Assembly: GCA_965217865.1 (NCBI GenBank)
Contig: CBDCJO010000002.1
Span: 5,696,001 to 5,760,000, forward strand
Reading direction: 5' to 3'
Source: Candidatus Latescibacterota bacterium
GTDB lineage: Bacteria > Latescibacterota > UBA2968 > SICM01
Length of the DNA: 64,000 nucleotides
The notes under the pieces were generated by a model. It did not search any database, was not told the origin of the DNA, and saw only the letters and a list, made by a program, of their open reading frames with translations. Below are positions 59,709 through 64,000 of the stretch, piece by piece; within the stretch, counting starts at the first letter, position 1, and every line of letters starts with the position of its first letter. The translations under genes and the position numbers were made by a program.

Positions 59709-60617
59709 ATGTGCGGGATTGCCGGAATTATCTACCGGGGGAAGACGGGAGAGATCGGCAGGGAGATGACGTCGATGCTTCAGGCGATGGTGCATCGCGG
59801 CCCGGATTCGACGGGGTTTGCGATCTATGGCACGCCTAAGGCGGGCGAGAACGAGGATCTTGGGACCGGCTTTGAGATCCACGAGCAAATCAAAGCGCGC
59901 AGAGCAGAAGTGGACAAACGGATCCGGTCGCTGGGCGCGGAGATCGTTTTCGCCGAGCAGGCCACGGAGTACGCGTACCAGTATCGCGTGAAGTACGACG
60001 GGGACCTGCGCCGTTTTTCGAATTATATCGAGGAGGTGGAGGGCGCGGAGATCCTGTCTATCGGCGAGGCTCTGGAACTGGTGAAGGATCTGGGCGACGC
60101 CAATTACGTTTCCGAGCAGTACAGGCTGAAGGGGTTCGTGGGCACGCACGCGATCGGCCACGTGCGCATGGCAACCGAGTCGGACGTGGATATCCGCTCG
60201 GCCCACCCTTACTGGGCCTATCCGTTCAGCGACGTGTCGCTGGTGCACAACGGACAGCTCACGAATTACTGGACCAAACGCCGGGAGCTGGAGCGCAAAG
60301 GGCTGCGGTTCATGTCGGACTGCGACTCCGAGCTCATCGCGGTTTATGTCGCGCAAAAGTTGGAGACGGGCCATTCGCTTGAAGACGCGATGAACGCATC
60401 GGTGGAGGAACTCGACGGCGTCTTTACCTATGTTGTGGCGACGTCGGACAGCCTGGGGATGGCCAAAGATGTGATGGCGGCCAAGCCGATGGTGCTTTAC
60501 GAAGGGGAGAGCTGCATCGTCCTGGCCTCGGAAGAGATGGCGATTCGAACCGTTTTCCCCCAGGAGATCGATACGGTTGATCCCTACGCAGGGGAGGTGA
60601 GGGTATGGCGGAATTAA
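59709..60617 (+). CDS. glxB: N-methylglutamate synthase subunit A (class II glutamine amidotransferase, GlxB)
   Basis: MCGIAG, HRGPDS.G, GH.RMATES, HP, VHNG..TN, DSE, LDG.FT. Confidence 0.85.
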   Translation: MCGIAGIIYRGKTGEIGREMTSMLQAMVHRGPDSTGFAIYGTPKAGENEDLGTGFEIHEQIKARRAEVDKRIRSLGAEIVFAEQATEYAYQYRVKYDGDLRRFSNYIEEVEGAEILSIGEALELVKDLGDANYVSEQYRLKGFVGTHAIGHVRMATESDVDIRSAHPYWAYPFSDVSLVHNGQLTNYWTKRRELERKGLRFMSDCDSELIAVYVAQKLETGHSLEDAMNASVEELDGVFTYVVATSDSLGMAKDVMAAKPMVLYEGESCIVLASEEMAIRTVFPQEIDTVDPYAGEVRVWRN

Positions 60618-61465
60618 AGGCGCACGAGAAGACCCACAAATCGTACGGGATGGGGATGCACGACGAAAAGCTGGCCGGGCGCTCGCACCGAACTTTTTTC
60701 GATTTCGAGGCCGTTGACGGCGACGGTCTGGTCTATCCGGGTAGCTGCGATGTGGACTTTGACAAACGCGCCGAACTCGATGCGGCCGACATGGATTCGC
60801 CGGCTGTGAATGTGAAGATTCGGGAGTTGATGGAAGCGGGCTACGGTCACATCGTTATTCAGAACCCGAACGCCAGGCATTCTCTGGGTGTGGGCATCTT
60901 AAACCGGCTCAGGCTGGATTTTGAGGGCTCGCTGGGATATTTTGGGGTGGGCCTGAATGATGGTCCCAATGTCCGGATCTCTGGACGTGTGGGATGGTCC
61001 TGTGCGGAGAACATGATGGCGGGAACGGTGGTGATTGAGAAAAATGCGGGATCGTCTTTCGGCGTCGCCATCCGGGGCGGGGACCTGGTCTGCAAGGGGG
61101 ATGTGGGATCGCGGACCGGCATTAATATGAAGGGCGGTACAATTATTGTCGGGGGGCGCACCGGCACCCTGTCCGGGTTTATGATGCAGCGGGGCCGCAT
61201 GGTAATTCTGGGAGATGCCGACGAAAATTTAGGCGACTCTATGTACGATGGGACGATTTATGTGGGAGGAGAGATCAAATCTCTGGGTGTGGATGCGGTG
61301 CGGGGCGAGATGACCGAACTGGAAGCGGCCTGGTTGAAACGCAAGCTGGGAATGTACGGTCTGGAAGCGTCCAATGGGGTGGAGAATATGCAGAAGATCG
61401 TCGCCGGAAAGCAGCTCTGGAATTACGACAACCTGGAGCCGACAGAAAAGAAAATCGTGCTGTAG
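60605..61465 (+). CDS. glxC: N-methylglutamate synthase subunit B (GXGXG / GltB-FwdC-like, GlxC)
   Basis: Gly-rich beta-helix: AENMM.G, GG.LV..G, MKGG, F.MQRG, LGDS.Y. Confidence 0.85.
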   Translation: MAELKAHEKTHKSYGMGMHDEKLAGRSHRTFFDFEAVDGDGLVYPGSCDVDFDKRAELDAADMDSPAVNVKIRELMEAGYGHIVIQNPNARHSLGVGILNRLRLDFEGSLGYFGVGLNDGPNVRISGRVGWSCAENMMAGTVVIEKNAGSSFGVAIRGGDLVCKGDVGSRTGINMKGGTIIVGGRTGTLSGFMMQRGRMVILGDADENLGDSMYDGTIYVGGEIKSLGVDAVRGEMTELEAAWLKRKLGMYGLEASNGVENMQKIVAGKQLWNYDNLEPTEKKIVL

Positions 61466-61485
61466 CATAAAGAGAGGAAAGGGCC

Positions 61486-62877
61486 ATGGCGACCGAAGAT
61501 CAGGAACTCCAGATGGGACGCGCAGAGGTCTCAGGCGATGGGAAGCCCGAACGCAACCGGCACGTTCTGGGACAGAATTTCTTGTTTTCTCCTCAGGTTA
61601 TCGACGACATTCATATTAAGGCGGAGATGGGCCGGTACCGCATGCGCGGGATGGCCATTTTTAAGGAAATACCTTCGTGGGACGACCTGACGTTTCTGCC
61701 CGGTACGCTAACGCGCTTTGTGATTGAAGGATATCGGGAGAAGTGCAAAACCGAAACGGTGCTGGGGCCCAAAGCCAAACGCCCGCTGGTTCTGGACATT
61801 CCGATTTATATTACGGGTATGAGCTTTGGCGCGCTATCTTATGAGGCGAAGGTCGCACTGGCAAGGGGCGCCACCATGGCCGGGACGGCGACCTGTTCGG
61901 GGGAAGGGGGGATGCTTCCCGACGAACGGCGGTATTCGGAGAAATGGCTTTACCAGTGCATTCAGTCCCGGTACGGTTTCAACCCTCACCACCTCCGGCT
62001 TGCGGACGGGGTGGAGTTTTTCATCGGGCAGGGCTGCAAGGTGGGCCTGGGGGGGCACCTGATGGGGCAGAAGGTGACCGACCAGGTCGCGGAGATGCGC
62101 TCGCTGCCGGCGGGCATTGACCAGCGCTCTCCGGCCCGACATCCGGACTGGCTGGGGCCCGATGATCTGGCGCTGAAGATCGATGAGATCCGAGCGGCGA
62201 CCAACTGGGAGGTGCCCATCCAGTTAAAGCTGGGAGCTGCGCGGGTTTATGACGACGTGCGGATGGCCGCCAAGACGGGGCCGGACAGCATTTATATGGA
62301 CGGGATGGAAGGCTCCACGGGGGCCGGACCGCACCTGGCAACGGAGGAGACGGGCGTGCCCGGCATCGCCGCGATCCGGCAGGCCCGGAAGGCGCTGGAC
62401 GATGTGGGCAAGACGGGCGAGATTTCGCTGGTTTACGCCGGAGGCATTAGAAATGGCGCGGATGTGGCCAAGGCCCTGGCGCTGGGAGCGGATGCGGTGG
62501 CGATCGGCACGGCCGCAATGGTTGCGCTCAACTGCAACAAAGATATTCCCGAGGCGGACTACGAGGGTACCGTCGGGGTGCCGGCGGGCTATTGCTACCA
62601 CTGCCATACGGGGCTTTGTCCGGTGGGGGTGGCTACCCAGGATCCGGAGCTTCGGAAGCGACTGGACCCGGACGAGGCGGCCACCCGGGTGTACAATTTT
62701 TTACACACGCTGACCATCGAGTGCCAGATGATGGCCCGCGCCTGCGGCAAGACCGATGTGCATTCCCTAGAGCCGGAAGACCTGGCGGCGCTGACCTGCG
62801 AAGCCTCGGCGATGGCCGAGGTTCCGCTTGCGGGTACGCGGTATACGGTGGGGCATCCGGAGATGAACCGGTATTAA
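61486..62877 (+). CDS. glxD: N-methylglutamate synthase subunit C (FMN-binding glutamate synthase family, GlxD)
   Basis: GMSFGALS, GEGG, GQGCK.G.GG.L, RHPDW.GPDDL, GGIRNGAD, CYHCHTGLCPVG. Confidence 0.88.
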   Translation: MATEDQELQMGRAEVSGDGKPERNRHVLGQNFLFSPQVIDDIHIKAEMGRYRMRGMAIFKEIPSWDDLTFLPGTLTRFVIEGYREKCKTETVLGPKAKRPLVLDIPIYITGMSFGALSYEAKVALARGATMAGTATCSGEGGMLPDERRYSEKWLYQCIQSRYGFNPHHLRLADGVEFFIGQGCKVGLGGHLMGQKVTDQVAEMRSLPAGIDQRSPARHPDWLGPDDLALKIDEIRAATNWEVPIQLKLGAARVYDDVRMAAKTGPDSIYMDGMEGSTGAGPHLATEETGVPGIAAIRQARKALDDVGKTGEISLVYAGGIRNGADVAKALALGADAVAIGTAAMVALNCNKDIPEADYEGTVGVPAGYCYHCHTGLCPVGVATQDPELRKRLDPDEAATRVYNFLHTLTIECQMMARACGKTDVHSLEPEDLAALTCEASAMAEVPLAGTRYTVGHPEMNRY

Positions 62878-63028
62878 GGACGGCAGAGGGCAAAGGGTCC
62901 CAACCCACCGTCCGGGGGGCAGAAGCCAGAATACAAAATGGAAAAACAGCAATTCCGAAGTGGAAGGGTGGGTGGGGTTCACCTCTGCCTTCTGCCCTCT
63001 GCCCTTCCACCTCTTTGGGGAGAGCGCC

Positions 63029-63424
63029 ATGAGCGATCCGAAAGAAAAAGACGTCGATTATTATCTTAAATCGGAAGGTCTGGACACCGAGCGGGAAAAA
63101 GAGATCGGGCAGCACATTGGGTACCGGTACGATGTGAACCTGGTGCCCGATTATTCGCTTCTGACGCCTTTTTTGAAGGCGTATATGGAGGTGATGGGGT
63201 GGGAGGATCTGAACTGGCTGGAAGACGTGCATATGGGGTACGAGGACGGCCATTCCGCGGTGTTTGACCGCAATATCAACGGCTGGGTGATTGTGCCGGA
63301 GGATATGGAGCTGCCGCACAACCAGCAGGACCGGGACATGATCGCCCGGGAGATTCTGATCAAGTTTCAGATGTCCAAGACGCATCCGTTGGTTGAGCTG
63401 GAAGAAGCGTACGGGAAGTTTTGA
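63029..63424 (+). CDS. Hypothetical protein downstream of mgsC
   Basis: 131-aa acidic ORF with GGAGAG RBS; codon style matches the operon. Confidence 0.75.
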   Translation: MSDPKEKDVDYYLKSEGLDTEREKEIGQHIGYRYDVNLVPDYSLLTPFLKAYMEVMGWEDLNWLEDVHMGYEDGHSAVFDRNINGWVIVPEDMELPHNQQDRDMIAREILIKFQMSKTHPLVELEEAYGKF

Positions 63425-63450
63425 AAGCATAAGAAAGTTCTGAGTTCCGA

Positions 63451-63534
63451 GTTCTGATCATCGGCGCCGGCGTTCATGGGCTGAGCACCGCTTACCATCT
63501 CGCACGTGCGTTGAAGGCACGCGGGAGGGGGAGA
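63451..63534 (+). pseudogene. N-terminal stump of an FAD-dependent oxidoreductase (MgdA/SoxB-like)
   Basis: VLIIGAGVHGLSTAYHLARALKARGRG, no start codon, ends just before the repeat. Confidence 0.75.
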
Positions 63535-63550
63535 CTTGGGTTTTGTGATA

Positions 63551-63595
63551 TAAAAAAGGACTTTGCATCGAAATGCCAAGTCCTTATTTTTTATT
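63551..63595 (-). terminator. Terminator hairpin after tRNA-Leu; direct repeat of 55871-55916
   Basis: Minus strand AAGGACTTGGCAT-TTCG-ATGCAAAGTCCTT followed by a T-run. Confidence 0.8.
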
Positions 63596-63680
63596 GCCGG
63601 GAAGGGGACTCGAACCCCTACGGGCCTCTCAGCCCAGCGGATTTTAAGTCCGCGGTGTCTACCGGTTCCACCATCCCGGC
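63595..63680 (-). tRNA. tRNA-Leu(TAA), CCA not encoded
   Basis: GCCGGGA acceptor stem; anticodon arm GCGGA-CTTAAAA-TCCGC; long variable arm; GGTTCGAGTCC. Confidence 0.95.
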
Positions 63681-63687
63681 AAAAAAT

Positions 63688-63763
63688 TGGAGGCGACGCC
63701 CGGACTCGAACCGGGGAATAAGGGTTTTGCAGACCCCTGCCTTAGCCTCTTGGCTACGTCGCC
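63688..63763 (-). tRNA. tRNA-Cys(GCA)
   Basis: GGCGACG...CTGCAAA...GGTTCGAGTCC...CGTCGCC-T-CCA. Confidence 0.96.
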
Positions 63764-63901
63764 ATGTTATTCGCTTGGGATCGGGTTTTGCGGTATTCAA
63801 ATTAATGAAATTGAGGCGTTTTTGTCAAACGGTTTGTCAATATCCCAAACCCGTGATTCTCGCTTATTAGATTGATGTAACTGAAATTAGGAGGTATTGA
63901 G

Positions 63902-64000
63902 ATGCCGTTTGTAGATCTCTCTGAAATTGATCGAATTGAGCTTTCCCCGGGCGTTCACATAAGGACCCCTTTCGGCCAGAACCTCATGCTTTCCTTCCTG
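63902..64000 (+). CDS. Cupin-like protein, 3' end outside the window
   Basis: AGGAGG RBS; MPFVDL.....EL.PGV..R...G.NLMLS. Confidence 0.65.
   Translation, partial: MPFVDLSEIDRIELSPGVHIRTPFGQNLMLSFL

Noticed and set aside
58049-59710. 553-aa minus-strand ORF, and similar long ORFs such as 54600-55943(+), 16665-17636(+) and 11618-12409(-)
   Set aside because: Antisense shadows of well-supported genes, with no recognisable motifs.
63511-63875. ORFs spanning the tRNA region
   Set aside because: They overlap two clear tRNAs; only the first few codons belong to the oxidoreductase stump.

Overview
Bacterial genomic window, mostly accessory. The many phytanoyl-CoA dioxygenase (PhyH) genes and a DFDGxGxVDFxDF dockerin/EF-hand-like repeat suggest a Latescibacterota/Poribacteria-like organism (inference only). 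Layout: 1-11 kb holds a hybrid PAS histidine kinase, a small flagellar-rod-domain protein, DUF368, PhyH genes, an FGE-domain secreted protein and yjbQ. About 11.3-34.4 kb is a run of ~25 short, unrelated, same-strand genes separated by attC-like hairpins, with no integrase in the window (CALIN-like cassette array), invaded by IS1182/IS5-like, IS630 and IS1595-like elements. 34.4-35.8 kb is a structured non-coding block. 35.8-39.2 kb is a TonB receptor plus lipoprotein. 39.3-44 kb is a hybrid kinase split by a second, internally deleted IS copy. 44.5-55.9 kb encodes catabolic enzymes. 55.9-63.6 kb is bounded by ~45-bp direct repeats next to tRNA-Leu and carries a B12-radical-SAM pseudogene and the gmaS-mgsABC N-methylglutamate (methylamine) operon, followed by tRNA-Leu/tRNA-Cys. 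Most notable observations: (i) an unnamed small protein family (YxSxxEAMxDGWRVIxFP...ExILE) occurring twice, each time directly upstream of the same PhyH subfamily; (ii) the attC array with complementary cassette boundaries; (iii) a sigma70 promoter plus conserved leader motif present three times upstream of unrelated genes. All calls come from reading the sequence; no database search or folding was run.
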